Of a stretch of DNA of 64,000 nt, positions 21,503 to 31,253 are shown piece after piece. The notes beneath the pieces were generated by a model. It saw only the letters and a list, made by a program, of their open reading frames with translations, did no database searches and was not told the origin of the DNA. Both the position numbers and the translations under genes were made by a program. The first letter of the stretch is position 1, and each line of letters begins with the position of its first letter. This DNA is from an uncultured Bacteroides sp. (GTDB lineage: Bacteria; Bacillota; Clostridia; Lachnospirales; Lachnospiraceae). Where the stretch lies: contig CAZPSD010000002.1 of NCBI GenBank assembly GCA_964589055.1, forward strand, positions 12,867-76,866. Reading direction: 5' to 3'.

Positions 21503-23470
21503 CTACAACACTGCATTCACGATCTCCAATGCTATGTCATAAGCATAGTCCTTGACCGCTTTCTCACACAGCCGGAGCATCTTCTGATCCGCTTCCGGCC
21601 TGTCATACCGCTTAAGGTCTTTCAGTTTTTCGTTGACGCTGTCAGCATCGAAATCATCCAGCCTGTCTGCTAATTCCTGTAATGCTTTCTTCCAGTCATC
21701 CTCCGTAATTTTCTTAACTGCGGTATCTTTTTCGGCTTCCTTTACATCTCCCGTCTTTTCTTCATAATCCAGATATACTTTCAGGCTTTCGCGCATATTT
21801 TTCATCATACTAAAAAGAATCGGCGAACGGACTTCAACATCCTCTAATTGCCCTGCCTTACTCATCTTTTCCAACGTAAACGCTTCGTCAGCCAGATCAT
21901 CCGCGCCTACGTTTCTGGCATTTCCTTTCAGAGAGTGTACGGTGATGGTATAATCAGGCATATCGCCTTTCTTTAGAAAATCCTTCAGCGCCTCCTCCTT
22001 CTCTTTCAATATCGTATGGAAATCGCGAAGCACTTTGCCGTAAAGAACCTTGTCACCGTTCATGTATTTTAAACCGTTACGGATATTGAAGCCCATCATA
22101 TAAAGCTGGCTCTCTTTGATGCTAAGCGCCAGCTCGGCATCTTCTTTCTCATATTCTCTTCCCATATCCTGATCTTCGGTCAGATAGACTACGTTGTCCG
22201 GCAGATATTCGATCAGCATATTTTCGAACTTATCGGCATCAATCGGTTTCGTCAGGTAATCCTGAAAGCCTTCGTTGATATAAAATTCTCTGGCGCCGGT
22301 AACCGCATTCGCCGTCAGTGCAATGATCGGTATGTCTTTGGAAGGGTTACCCTCCATAGCCCTGATCGCGTGAAGCGTCTGCACACCGTCCATCACCGGC
22401 ATCATATGATCCAGACAAATCAAGTGATAGGTCTTCCGTTTGATCAGTTCAAGACATTCCTCTCCGCTGCTCGCAACATCAATCTGCAGTCTGGTCTGTT
22501 TCAAAAGTCCCTGTGCTACCGCAAGATTCATGGTATTATCATCCACAATCAGTATCCTTCCAAGGGGAGCAATAAATTTCTGCTGGTAGTTTTCCCTGCT
22601 TCTGAGACTTTCTTTATACTGCTTTTCGAAATCGCCCAGAGGCGCGCTGTCAACTACATGCTGCACCAGCTTAAAAGAAAACGCGGACCCTTTGCCATAA
22701 ACACTCTGTACTTCAAGTTCGCCTCCCATCATCTCGATCAGCCGCTTGGTAATGGCAAGTCCGAGTCCCGTTCTTTTGTCTTTGCTTCTGACCGACGAAT
22801 CCATTCGCTGGAAAGCGCCGAACAGCTTCGGCATATCCCGTTCTTTAATGCCGATCCCCGTATCTTTCACGATCACATCAATCTCTATCTCATCCTTCTC
22901 AAGCTGCCTCCAGCCGAGATGCAATGTAATTTTCCCTTTTTCCGTAAACTTTACGGCATTGGACAACAGGTTACTGATAATCTGTCGGATATGTATCTCA
23001 TCGCCCATCAGTTTATATGGAAAATCTTTCGCTATATCCAGCACCAGATCCAGTTTTTTCTTACGCAGCTGGATGGAAATGCTGTTGATCAGGTCATTCA
23101 GCAGGGAACTGATGTCATAAATCCCTTCCATCAGCTGCAGTTGTCCCGCTTCCAGCTTGGAAAAGTCCAAAATATCACTGATCATGGTCAGAAGAATGCT
23201 TCCTGCCTGCCTGATGTCCAGCGCATATTCTTTGATCGCTTCATCCTGACTTTCACGGATGATCAGTTCATTTAATCCCAAAATGGTATTGATCGGCGTT
23301 CTTAACTCATGGGACATGTTGGCTAAAAATATGTCTTTGGCATCCTCCGCTTTCTTTGCCGCTTTCATAGCGTCCTGCAATTCCACATCTTTCTGTTCCT
23401 TTGCCTGCAAAAGCGCGGATGTTTTCTTCTGTCCTTTACCCTCTGCAGCCTGCCGCGTTTCCTTGCTCAT
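21503..23470 (-). CDS. Hybrid histidine kinase HisKA-HATPase-REC-HPt lacking a sensor domain
   Basis: FLANMSHELRTP, NLLSNAVKFT, DTGIGI, TGLGL, LDHMMP, VHSLKG. Confidence 0.9.
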   Translation of the reverse strand: MSKETRQAAEGKGQKKTSALLQAKEQKDVELQDAMKAAKKAEDAKDIFLANMSHELRTPINTILGLNELIIRESQDEAIKEYALDIRQAGSILLTMISDILDFSKLEAGQLQLMEGIYDISSLLNDLINSISIQLRKKKLDLVLDIAKDFPYKLMGDEIHIRQIISNLLSNAVKFTEKGKITLHLGWRQLEKDEIEIDVIVKDTGIGIKERDMPKLFGAFQRMDSSVRSKDKRTGLGLAITKRLIEMMGGELEVQSVYGKGSAFSFKLVQHVVDSAPLGDFEKQYKESLRSRENYQQKFIAPLGRILIVDDNTMNLAVAQGLLKQTRLQIDVASSGEECLELIKRKTYHLICLDHMMPVMDGVQTLHAIRAMEGNPSKDIPIIALTANAVTGAREFYINEGFQDYLTKPIDADKFENMLIEYLPDNVVYLTEDQDMGREYEKEDAELALSIKESQLYMMGFNIRNGLKYMNGDKVLYGKVLRDFHTILKEKEEALKDFLKKGDMPDYTITVHSLKGNARNVGADDLADEAFTLEKMSKAGQLEDVEVRSPILFSMMKNMRESLKVYLDYEEKTGDVKEAEKDTAVKKITEDDWKKALQELADRLDDFDADSVNEKLKDLKRYDRPEADQKMLRLCEKAVKDYAYDIALEIVNAVL

Positions 23471-23525
23471 TATTATATACCCTCCCTATTTGCAAAATTT
23501 GCAAAATTTCCCTTCTGTTTTGCTT

Positions 23526-24023
23526 TCAGCGTTTTATCCTGCGTTCATACTTTACAAATTGATATGCGAGATCAAAATAAGTCTGCTCCTCGCTGACCGC
23601 CGTAATCTCCCACTCACCCGTCTCGTCCAGATTCGGAAAATATGCATCCGCCTCGTATTCGTGGTCAATCTTAGTCACATGCGCCACATCACAGTAAGGA
23701 AGCATCATACGGTAAACGCTCTCCCCGCCGATAATGTATACATCCTCGCTGTTATAGTTTTTCAGTTCCTCCAGCAGTTCTTCCCTGCTGTGAACAATGA
23801 CGGCATCCTTTACCCGATAATCCGGATTTCTTGACAGGATAATATTCGTTCTGTTTTTTAACGGCATTCCCTGGGGAAACGTCTCCAGTGTCTTTCTGCC
23901 AAGCGCCACCACTTTGCCCGTAGTCTCCTGCCTGAAAAATTTATGATCTGCAGGAATGCTGACAAGAAGATTATTCCTGCATCCGATCGCCCAGTTATTA
24001 TCTACTGCTACGATTAAATTCAT
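23526..24023 (-). CDS. folA: Dihydrofolate reductase
   Basis: LIVAVD..WAIG, LGRKT, PLKNRTNIILS, IIGG, DAYFP. Confidence 0.95.
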   Translation of the reverse strand: MNLIVAVDNNWAIGCRNNLLVSIPADHKFFRQETTGKVVALGRKTLETFPQGMPLKNRTNIILSRNPDYRVKDAVIVHSREELLEELKNYNSEDVYIIGGESVYRMMLPYCDVAHVTKIDHEYEADAYFPNLDETGEWEITAVSEEQTYFDLAYQFVKYERRIKR

Positions 24024-24115
24024 TTACTGCTCCTTTCAAACACAGCCACAGACAGATGATTATGACAACCATCATAATGTCCTGCTGATTGTACAAATTG
24101 AAATTCTCATTGTCC

Positions 24116-24964
24116 TCAGATAGCAACAGGAATATTCTCTATCTGCGGTCCGGTCACGTAATTTTCTACCTTCACATCATTTCTCGTAAACTGATAGAAA
24201 TCCTTGATCTCCGGATTCAGCCAAAAGTCAGGTGCATCGTAAGTCGGTCTTGCGATCAGTTCCTCAATCAGCGGAATATGTCTGTCATAAATATGGGCAT
24301 CAGCGATCACATGCACCAACTCGCCAACCTCCATATCGCAGGTCTGCGCCAACATATGCATAAGCACGGAATACTGCACCACATTCCAGTTGTTGGCCGC
24401 CAGCACATCCTGGGAACGCTGATTCAAAACAGCGTTTAATGTCAGCTTATCGTGTCCCTTCTTCTGCGTCACATTAAACGTCATACTGTATGCACAAGGA
24501 TAGAGATTCATCTCATGCAGATCCTGATGCACATAAATATTGGTCATAATACGGCGGCTGAACGGATTGTTTTTCAGATCATAGATCACTCTGTCCACCT
24601 GATCCATCATGCCCTCTTTATATTGATGCTTTACGCTCATCTGATAACCGTAAGCCTTGCCGATGGAACCGTCTTCATCCGCCCATTCATCCCAGATATG
24701 GCTGTGCAGATCATTCACATTATTGGATTTCTGCTGCCAGATCCAGAGCATCTCATCCGTAGCGCTTTTTAAAGCAGTACGGCGCAGCGTAATTAACGGG
24801 AATTCTTTGGATAGATCATAACGGTTCACCACACCGAATTTCTTGATGGTATAGGCAGGTGTGCCGTCTTCCCAATGGGGTCTGACCTTCTCACCCTCCG
24901 TACTGGTCCCGTTCTCCAGAATATCCTTACACATATTGATGAAAATCTGATCTGCTGCACTCAT
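24116..24964 (-). CDS. thyA: Thymidylate synthase
   Basis: NPFSRR, LYPCAY (catalytic Cys), LNQRSQD, DAHIYDRH; real start ATG 24964. Confidence 0.95.
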   Translation of the reverse strand: MSAADQIFINMCKDILENGTSTEGEKVRPHWEDGTPAYTIKKFGVVNRYDLSKEFPLITLRRTALKSATDEMLWIWQQKSNNVNDLHSHIWDEWADEDGSIGKAYGYQMSVKHQYKEGMMDQVDRVIYDLKNNPFSRRIMTNIYVHQDLHEMNLYPCAYSMTFNVTQKKGHDKLTLNAVLNQRSQDVLAANNWNVVQYSVLMHMLAQTCDMEVGELVHVIADAHIYDRHIPLIEELIARPTYDAPDFWLNPEIKDFYQFTRNDVKVENYVTGPQIENIPVAI

Positions 24965-24971
24965 AATTTTG

Positions 24972-26573
24972 TTAATCCTTTTCCCATTTATCGCACAATG
25001 AATTGATCTGATCCGCAAACTTCGCCAGATCTTTATTCGCACCGCCCTCATTCTTATGGATAACGGCAATAAGCCGCTGCCCGCTGGCGAGCAGTCTTGC
25101 AAAGACATCGGATACCCCATGTGCTTTCTTCTTCACCACTACCGGCTCAGCTTCATAGATGAAGTTTCCGCTTACCAAATCAAATCTGGCGCCGCTGTAA
25201 GGCGCATAGGCATTGATGCCATGCTCAATTTTCAGACACTCGGTAAACAGCTTGCAGACGCTGTCCTCACCGTGCACCACAAATACTTTCTTAGGCTTCT
25301 GTGTAAAGCCGTGTACCCAGTCCAGCAATCCGTTCTTGTCCGCATGGCCGCTCATACCGGCAAGCTGTTTGATCTGCGCACGGATCTCGATGGGTTCTCC
25401 GAACAATTTTACCTCCTTGGCTCCTTCTATCAACATACGTCCCAAGGTTCCCACCGCCTGATACCCTACAAACAGGATCGTACATTCCGACCGCCACAGG
25501 TTATGTTTCAGATGATGTCTGATACGTCCTGCTTCACACATACCGGAGGCGGATATAATGACCTTAGGCGTATTCTCAAAGTTGATTGCCTTGGATTCCT
25601 CACTGGTAATCGCGAGCCTGAGTCCCGGAAAAGCGATCGGATTGATCCCCTGTTTAACCAGTTCCATAGCCTCTTCATCAAAACATTCAAATTCATTCTT
25701 CTGAAAGATTCCGGTGGCTTCCACGGCAAGCGGACTGTCCACATAAACCGGAAAATCTTCATGTCCTTTTACCAGGCGGTCAGCCTTGATCTGCCGCAGG
25801 AAATAGAGCATTTCCTGTGTTCTTCCCACTGCAAAAGAAGGAATCACTACATTGCCGCCTTTATCAAAAGTATCTTTAAGTATTTTCGTCAGTTCCCCGA
25901 TATAATCCGGTTTCTCTTTGCCGTGCAGTCTGTCGCCGTAGGTGGATTCCATGACTACATAATCCGCCTCCGCCGTCAATTTCGGGTCTTTGATCAGCGG
26001 CTGGTCATAATTACCGATATCACCGGAAAACACGATCTTCTTCGTCACACCGTTTTCCGCAGCCCAGACTTCAATACTGGAAGAGCCGAGCAGATGCCCG
26101 ATATCCGTAAATTTTATTTTCACATCGTCACAGACGGTTACTTCACGATCATACTCACAGGGAACGAGCCGCCTGATCGCTCCGTCTGCATCTTCCATCG
26201 TATAGAGCGGTTCCACCGGCGCATTGTTGGCGCTTCGCTTCGCCTTGCGGTTCTTCCATTCCGCTTCCTGCATCTGGATATGGGCACAGTCACGAAGCAT
26301 GATGCTGCACAGATCACAGGTTGCCTCAGTGGCATAGATCTGTCCCCGGAATCCTCTCGCATACAGCAGGGGAAGCATGCCGGAATGGTCCACATGCGCA
26401 TGTGTCAGGAACACATAATCTATCAGGGCAGGCTCCACCGGCAGTTCACAGCTTTCAAATGTCCGGCTTCCCTGCTCCATACCATAATCCACCAAAATAT
26501 TCTTGTCGCCCACACGAAGATAATGGCAGCTCCCTGTCACCTCATGATCGGCTCCGATAAACATAAGTTCCAT
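24972..26573 (-). CDS. MBL-fold beta-CASP ribonuclease (YSH1/CPSF73-like)
   Basis: THAHVDHSG, GHLLGS, FSGD, MESTYG, FAVGRTQE, SGHAD, VHGE. Confidence 0.92.
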   Translation of the reverse strand: MELMFIGADHEVTGSCHYLRVGDKNILVDYGMEQGSRTFESCELPVEPALIDYVFLTHAHVDHSGMLPLLYARGFRGQIYATEATCDLCSIMLRDCAHIQMQEAEWKNRKAKRSANNAPVEPLYTMEDADGAIRRLVPCEYDREVTVCDDVKIKFTDIGHLLGSSSIEVWAAENGVTKKIVFSGDIGNYDQPLIKDPKLTAEADYVVMESTYGDRLHGKEKPDYIGELTKILKDTFDKGGNVVIPSFAVGRTQEMLYFLRQIKADRLVKGHEDFPVYVDSPLAVEATGIFQKNEFECFDEEAMELVKQGINPIAFPGLRLAITSEESKAINFENTPKVIISASGMCEAGRIRHHLKHNLWRSECTILFVGYQAVGTLGRMLIEGAKEVKLFGEPIEIRAQIKQLAGMSGHADKNGLLDWVHGFTQKPKKVFVVHGEDSVCKLFTECLKIEHGINAYAPYSGARFDLVSGNFIYEAEPVVVKKKAHGVSDVFARLLASGQRLIAVIHKNEGGANKDLAKFADQINSLCDKWEKD

Positions 26574-26734
26574 AAGTAACCCTCCTATTTGTTTATCATA
26601 TCATTTTTTGAATGATGCGTAAATCTTTTCCGGAATATCTTTTCAGAATCTTTTTGAATTTCTTCGGGGAAGCTATCGCAACATTTCTCCTGCTCCCATA
26701 CAATAAAGTAAGGCTGTAATAAGGGGAAACTCCC

Positions 26735-27370
26735 ATGCTGCACATATTTCCCGCCTTAATGGTCTTTCTGCTTGCGGTTACCTTGGATTCCCTGACCGCA
26801 GGACTCACCTACGGCATCCGCGGAGTTCACATTAAGGCGCTCTCTTATATCATACTGGTCTGTGTGCCGGCGCTCTTTATCGCCGCCGCCAATCAGATCG
26901 GCACGCTGCTCGCTTACCTGCTGCCTCCACAGGTGCTTTCCCGGATCTCATTTACCCTTTTGTCCGTGCTGGGTATCAGCAAGCTGGCAGAGAGCCTGAT
27001 CCGCCGCCTGGCAAGGAAACACCCCAGTCTCGCCGGAAACTGGGGTTGTAAGATCAAACAGATCAATATCGTTTTTACCGTCTATCTGTCGCCCGAAGAT
27101 GCCAATCAGGAAGATCTGCAGACGCTGAGTGCCAAGGAAGCGCTTCTTCTAAGTCTGGCGCTTTCCTTAGACAGTATTCTGGTCGGTATGGCATTTACTG
27201 CAGAAACCATCTCGTGGTTACTCCTTTTTCTTTTCGCCGCGCTTTTCAATCTGCTCTTTTTCCTGCTCGGCTATCTTCTCGGTCATTTCCTCTGTCATCT
27301 GTTTCGCGTTGACCTGTCCTGGCTCAGCGGTTTATTCCTTCTTCTGCTGGCACTTCATGCGCTTGCATAA
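26735..27370 (+). CDS. YtaF/MntP-family membrane protein
   Basis: Two LA(V/L)(T/S)LDS repeats, multiple TM helices. Confidence 0.8.
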   Translation: MLHIFPALMVFLLAVTLDSLTAGLTYGIRGVHIKALSYIILVCVPALFIAAANQIGTLLAYLLPPQVLSRISFTLLSVLGISKLAESLIRRLARKHPSLAGNWGCKIKQINIVFTVYLSPEDANQEDLQTLSAKEALLLSLALSLDSILVGMAFTAETISWLLLFLFAALFNLLFFLLGYLLGHFLCHLFRVDLSWLSGLFLLLLALHALA

Positions 27371-30071
27371 CCGTCTGCTCTGCAGCCGCTTTGTGCCGGC
27401 TTCTGCCGACAGCCACAAGCAGCTCATGGACGATCAACGGTGTAGCGGATAAAGCGATCAACTGCAGCCACTCCGCCATGCTAAGCCGCACCGTTCCGAA
27501 CAACCGGATCAGCGGCGGAATCTCGGTCACTGCCATCTGCAGCAAAATGCCCGCAGCAAAGGCAAGAATCATATAAGGATTATTCTTATGGTTCATTTTA
27601 AATACGGAGCGGTTTACATCCCGCATCCCTATGGCGTGAAACAGCTGGCTGATGCCAAGCACCGTAAAAGCATGGGTCTGCGCCTGTGCAAGAACGGTGG
27701 ATATTTTGAGCCCTGCCAGTATGTTATGTAAACTCATAGGCAATCCTTCCGCCAGGATCCGGTCATACGGGACTTTTAAAAAGGCGGCCAGGCTCACACC
27801 GCCGATCACCAGCCCGTAGCATATCACACACAACAGTCCTCCCCTGGCAAAAAGCGAATCTTCTTTCCGGCGGGGAGGTTCCCGCATCAGGGCTTCCGTC
27901 TCGTTATCATCCACCCCAAGCGCCAATGCCGGCAGCGAATCCGTGATCAAATTGATCCACAGGATAAAGCTTGCTTTCAGCGGGCTTGGCAGTCCCGCCA
28001 CAATGGTAAGCAGCATCGTGATGATCTCTCCCAGATTGGAGGATAACAGGAAAAGCACCGATTTTCTGATATTCTCATATATTTCTCTTCCTTCCTTGAT
28101 CGCCAGATGAATGGTTGCAAAATTATCATCCATCAGGACAAAATCCGCTGCCCCGCGCGCCACATCCGTGCCGTTTAGTCCCATGGCAATACCGATATCC
28201 GCCGCCTGTAAAGAGGGCGCGTCATTCACGCCGTCTCCTGTCATCGCCACCGTTTTGCCTAACGTCCGATAGCCTTCCACGATTCGGACCTTGTGCTCCG
28301 GCGTCACTCTTGCAAACACTTTAAGAGACGGCAGCTTCTGTAAAAAGTTCTGCTCCTTCAGATGATCCAGTTCCCGTCCCGTAATGCACTCTGCGGTACC
28401 GGAGGCGATTCCCAGTTCTTTGGCGATCGAAAATGCCGTGTCCGGATGATCTCCCGTAATCATCACCGTGGACACCCCTGCGCGTTTAAATTCTTCCACT
28501 GCTTCTATTGCCTCCGGTCTGACCGGATCCTGCATACTGACCAGCCCTATGAAGATCATATGTTTTTCCTGCATGCTTCCATGCAGCTCCATGGCAAGCG
28601 CCATGACACGTCTGCCATCTGCCATCAACCGCTTCTGGACGCGGATCACCTCATCCCGGTCAGACTGCTGCAGATCCGCTATCTGTCCGCGTCGGTACAT
28701 ACTGTCGCAGCCTTCCAGAATCCGCTCTGCCGCTCCCTTTGAATAGGAGATTCTTTCTGTTCCTTCCTGATGTACCGTAGTCATCATTTTGCGGTCCGGG
28801 TCAAATCCCTTTTCCTCCACTCGGGGATGCCGCTCCCTGATCTGTTCGATGGCAGCGCCGCATTCCCGCGCCATGTAAAGCAGCGCCATCTCGGTAGGAT
28901 CACCCAAATTTCCTTCTTCCGTTATCATTGAGTCATTACATAAAACACTGCCAAGGATAAAATGCTTCAGACATGGGTCTGTCTCCTGTCCGCTTACCGT
29001 CAGTGCAAAAAGCTGCGCAAACCGTTCCCGCTTTGTGAGTCTGCCTTCCAGATAACATTCCGTTACAGTCATCTTATTCTGCGTCAAAGTCCCCGTCTTG
29101 TCCGAACATACGACCTCCACGGCTCCCAGCGTCTCCACCGACGCCAGCCTGCGGACGATTGTTCTGGCACGAACCATACGGGATACGCAGAGCGCCAGCA
29201 CGATCGTTACGATAGCAGGCAGTCCCTCCGGTACTGCCGCCACAGCCAGGGATACCGAAGTAAGCAGCATCTCTCCCACATCCCGCTTCTGTAAAACGGC
29301 GACAAAAAACAAGAGCACGCAAATGCCCACAGCCAGCGCGCTGAGTGCTTTGCCCAGTTCTCCCAGCCTGATCTGTAACGGCGTCAATTTCTCTTTTCCG
29401 CCATGCAGCATATCCGCGATGTGACCGATGCGGGTATCCATGCCGGTGGCTACCACCACGCCTTTGCCGCGTCCCTTAGTCACATAAGTGGACATATATG
29501 CCATATTCATGCAGCTGTTGTCTCCCTGTACTTCCACCACATGTTCCGCATCCTTTTCTACTGCAGCAGACTCTCCTGTTAGGGTAGACTCTTCCGCATA
29601 AATTCCCTGTGTTTCCAGCAGTCTTAAATCTGCCGGAATCATATTCCCGGCTTCTAACAGTACAATATCCCCCTGAACCAGATCCTCCGCCGGAATTTTG
29701 AGACGCTCTCCGTCCCGCAATACAACCGCCTGCGGTGTGGATATCTTCTTCAGCGCTTCCACCGCCTTGCCTGCCTTGCCCTCCTGTATGATACCTATGG
29801 TGGCATTGAGCGCCACTACCGTGACAATAATAATGGCATCCCCAAGTTCCCGAAGCATCAGCGAGATTGCCATAGCCACTATCAGGATCAGGATTAACGG
29901 ATCGTTTAACTGTTCCAAGATCATCTGTCCTGCCGTTTTTTGCTCCTGGTCCTTGAGCCTGTTGGCACCGTATTTCGCCTTGCGCTCCATTGCCTCTCTG
30001 CGGCTAAGTCCCCTCTCCCTGTCCGTTCCCAGGCTTCGAATCACATCCGATGCCGTTTTCATTTCATACAT
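27324..30071 (-). CDS. P-type IIA cation (Ca2+) ATPase, YloB-like
   Basis: TGES, PEGLP, DKTGTLT, GDGVND, WINLITD; GGAGG RBS before ATG 30071. Confidence 0.93.
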   Translation of the reverse strand: MYEMKTASDVIRSLGTDRERGLSRREAMERKAKYGANRLKDQEQKTAGQMILEQLNDPLILILIVAMAISLMLRELGDAIIIVTVVALNATIGIIQEGKAGKAVEALKKISTPQAVVLRDGERLKIPAEDLVQGDIVLLEAGNMIPADLRLLETQGIYAEESTLTGESAAVEKDAEHVVEVQGDNSCMNMAYMSTYVTKGRGKGVVVATGMDTRIGHIADMLHGGKEKLTPLQIRLGELGKALSALAVGICVLLFFVAVLQKRDVGEMLLTSVSLAVAAVPEGLPAIVTIVLALCVSRMVRARTIVRRLASVETLGAVEVVCSDKTGTLTQNKMTVTECYLEGRLTKRERFAQLFALTVSGQETDPCLKHFILGSVLCNDSMITEEGNLGDPTEMALLYMARECGAAIEQIRERHPRVEEKGFDPDRKMMTTVHQEGTERISYSKGAAERILEGCDSMYRRGQIADLQQSDRDEVIRVQKRLMADGRRVMALAMELHGSMQEKHMIFIGLVSMQDPVRPEAIEAVEEFKRAGVSTVMITGDHPDTAFSIAKELGIASGTAECITGRELDHLKEQNFLQKLPSLKVFARVTPEHKVRIVEGYRTLGKTVAMTGDGVNDAPSLQAADIGIAMGLNGTDVARGAADFVLMDDNFATIHLAIKEGREIYENIRKSVLFLLSSNLGEIITMLLTIVAGLPSPLKASFILWINLITDSLPALALGVDDNETEALMREPPRRKEDSLFARGGLLCVICYGLVIGGVSLAAFLKVPYDRILAEGLPMSLHNILAGLKISTVLAQAQTHAFTVLGISQLFHAIGMRDVNRSVFKMNHKNNPYMILAFAAGILLQMAVTEIPPLIRLFGTVRLSMAEWLQLIALSATPLIVHELLVAVGRSRHKAAAEQTVMQAHEVPAEEGINR

Positions 30072-30173
30072 GCGCACTCCTCCTACACTTTCCAACAAGC
30101 TGTCTTCGTGACACAAACCAATCTTGAAATACCTGACTTCATTCCCTATCGTAAGCTTGTCATTTCTCTGTAA

Positions 30174-30202
30174 GATATATGTGGCAGTGGTTCTTAATAT
30201 TA
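30174..30202 (-). promoter_or_regulatory. Putative sigma-E promoter of the Ca-ATPase
   Basis: TAATATT-14 bp-CATATATC, close to the B. subtilis SigE consensus. Confidence 0.55.
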
Positions 30203-30320
30203 CATATTATGTAAACTACACTGCAAATTTGTCCTATTTTACCATCATCGCTTTCTCTCTTTCCTATAGGCTGTCTCCACATGTGATTCTTTACCGGCAG
30301 AATACTGTTACCCACGTAAA

Positions 30321-30361
30321 GTAACAGTTCAGCCATCCATTCATAAGTTGGCGAAATATAC
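30321..30361. repeat. Single-end copy of the MITE-like element at 39288-39472
   Basis: 40/41 identity to the reverse complement of 39432-39472. Confidence 0.85.
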
Positions 30362-30369
30362 TTTTTCCA

Positions 30370-30398
30370 TTGAAAAATCCGCATCCCGACTCTATAAT
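30370..30398 (+). promoter_or_regulatory. sigma-A promoter of the TCS
   Basis: TTGAAA-17 bp-TATAAT. Confidence 0.75.
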
Positions 30399-30440
30399 AG
30401 TATGAAAAATAAATCTGCAATGAAAAGAAAGGCGCGGCAA

Positions 30441-31145
30441 ATGTCTATGAAAGATTCCATTTTAATTATAGAAGACGACTCTGCACTGGCAGAAGGGCTT
30501 ACCCGGGCACTGACCTGCGAAGATCATACTGCGGACTTCTGTCAAAGCATTGCCGCCGCAAGAGAAAAATTGAAAAAAAATTCCTATTCTTTGCTGCTCT
30601 TGGACATCAATCTGCCAGACGGAAACGGACTCGACTTTCTCGCCGAGTTGAAACAGATGTACCGTATGCCCGTCATTCTGCTGACCGCCAACGACATGGA
30701 AACTGACATTGTCACAGGCTTAGAGGCAGGCGCCGATGATTATATCACCAAGCCTTTCTCCCTTGCCGTACTGCGCGCCAGGGTCAACGCCAGGCTAAAG
30801 CGGCAGTTCGGACAGCCGCTTGAAAATTCAGTCCGCAGCGCCGGCTTCCCATTGTGTTTTGACGAATACAGCTTTGATTTTGAACGGATGATCTTCACAC
30901 ATGCAGGTGCCAACGTGGAGCTTAGTAAAACAGAACAAAAACTTCTGCGGCTGCTTGTGGAAAATGCCGGGAACACGCTTTCCCGCAGCACTTTGATAGA
31001 CCGTATCTGGACAGACGGGTCTGCCTATGTAGATGAAAACGCTCTGTCTGTAACAGTCAAAAGACTGCGGGATAAGCTGTCCGCGCAGCATTATATTAAA
31101 ACCGTCTATGGTATCGGATATTCATGGGACAATCCCTCGGACTGA
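30441..31145 (+). CDS. OmpR-family response regulator
   Basis: IIEDD, LLDINLPDGNG, ADDYITKPF, winged helix IKTVYGIGY. Confidence 0.93.
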   Translation: MSMKDSILIIEDDSALAEGLTRALTCEDHTADFCQSIAAAREKLKKNSYSLLLLDINLPDGNGLDFLAELKQMYRMPVILLTANDMETDIVTGLEAGADDYITKPFSLAVLRARVNARLKRQFGQPLENSVRSAGFPLCFDEYSFDFERMIFTHAGANVELSKTEQKLLRLLVENAGNTLSRSTLIDRIWTDGSAYVDENALSVTVKRLRDKLSAQHYIKTVYGIGYSWDNPSD

Positions 31146-31253
31146 AAGCATCCATCTGCCCACAAGAAGCCATATTCCGTTACCCATGTAAATATCTTAT
31201 GAAGGTATCATCATTCCATAAGCATATATACAGCCATAAGGAGAATTCACGCT

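Noticed and set aside
24965-25120. 52-aa N-terminal extension of ThyA overlapping the upstream nuclease
   Set aside because: Longest-ORF artefact; the ThyA-like sequence and RBS fit ATG 24964
25056-26579. 507-aa antisense ORF, and similar shadows at 22370-23275 and 48594-49355
   Set aside because: Mirror frames of well-supported genes with no recognisable motifs
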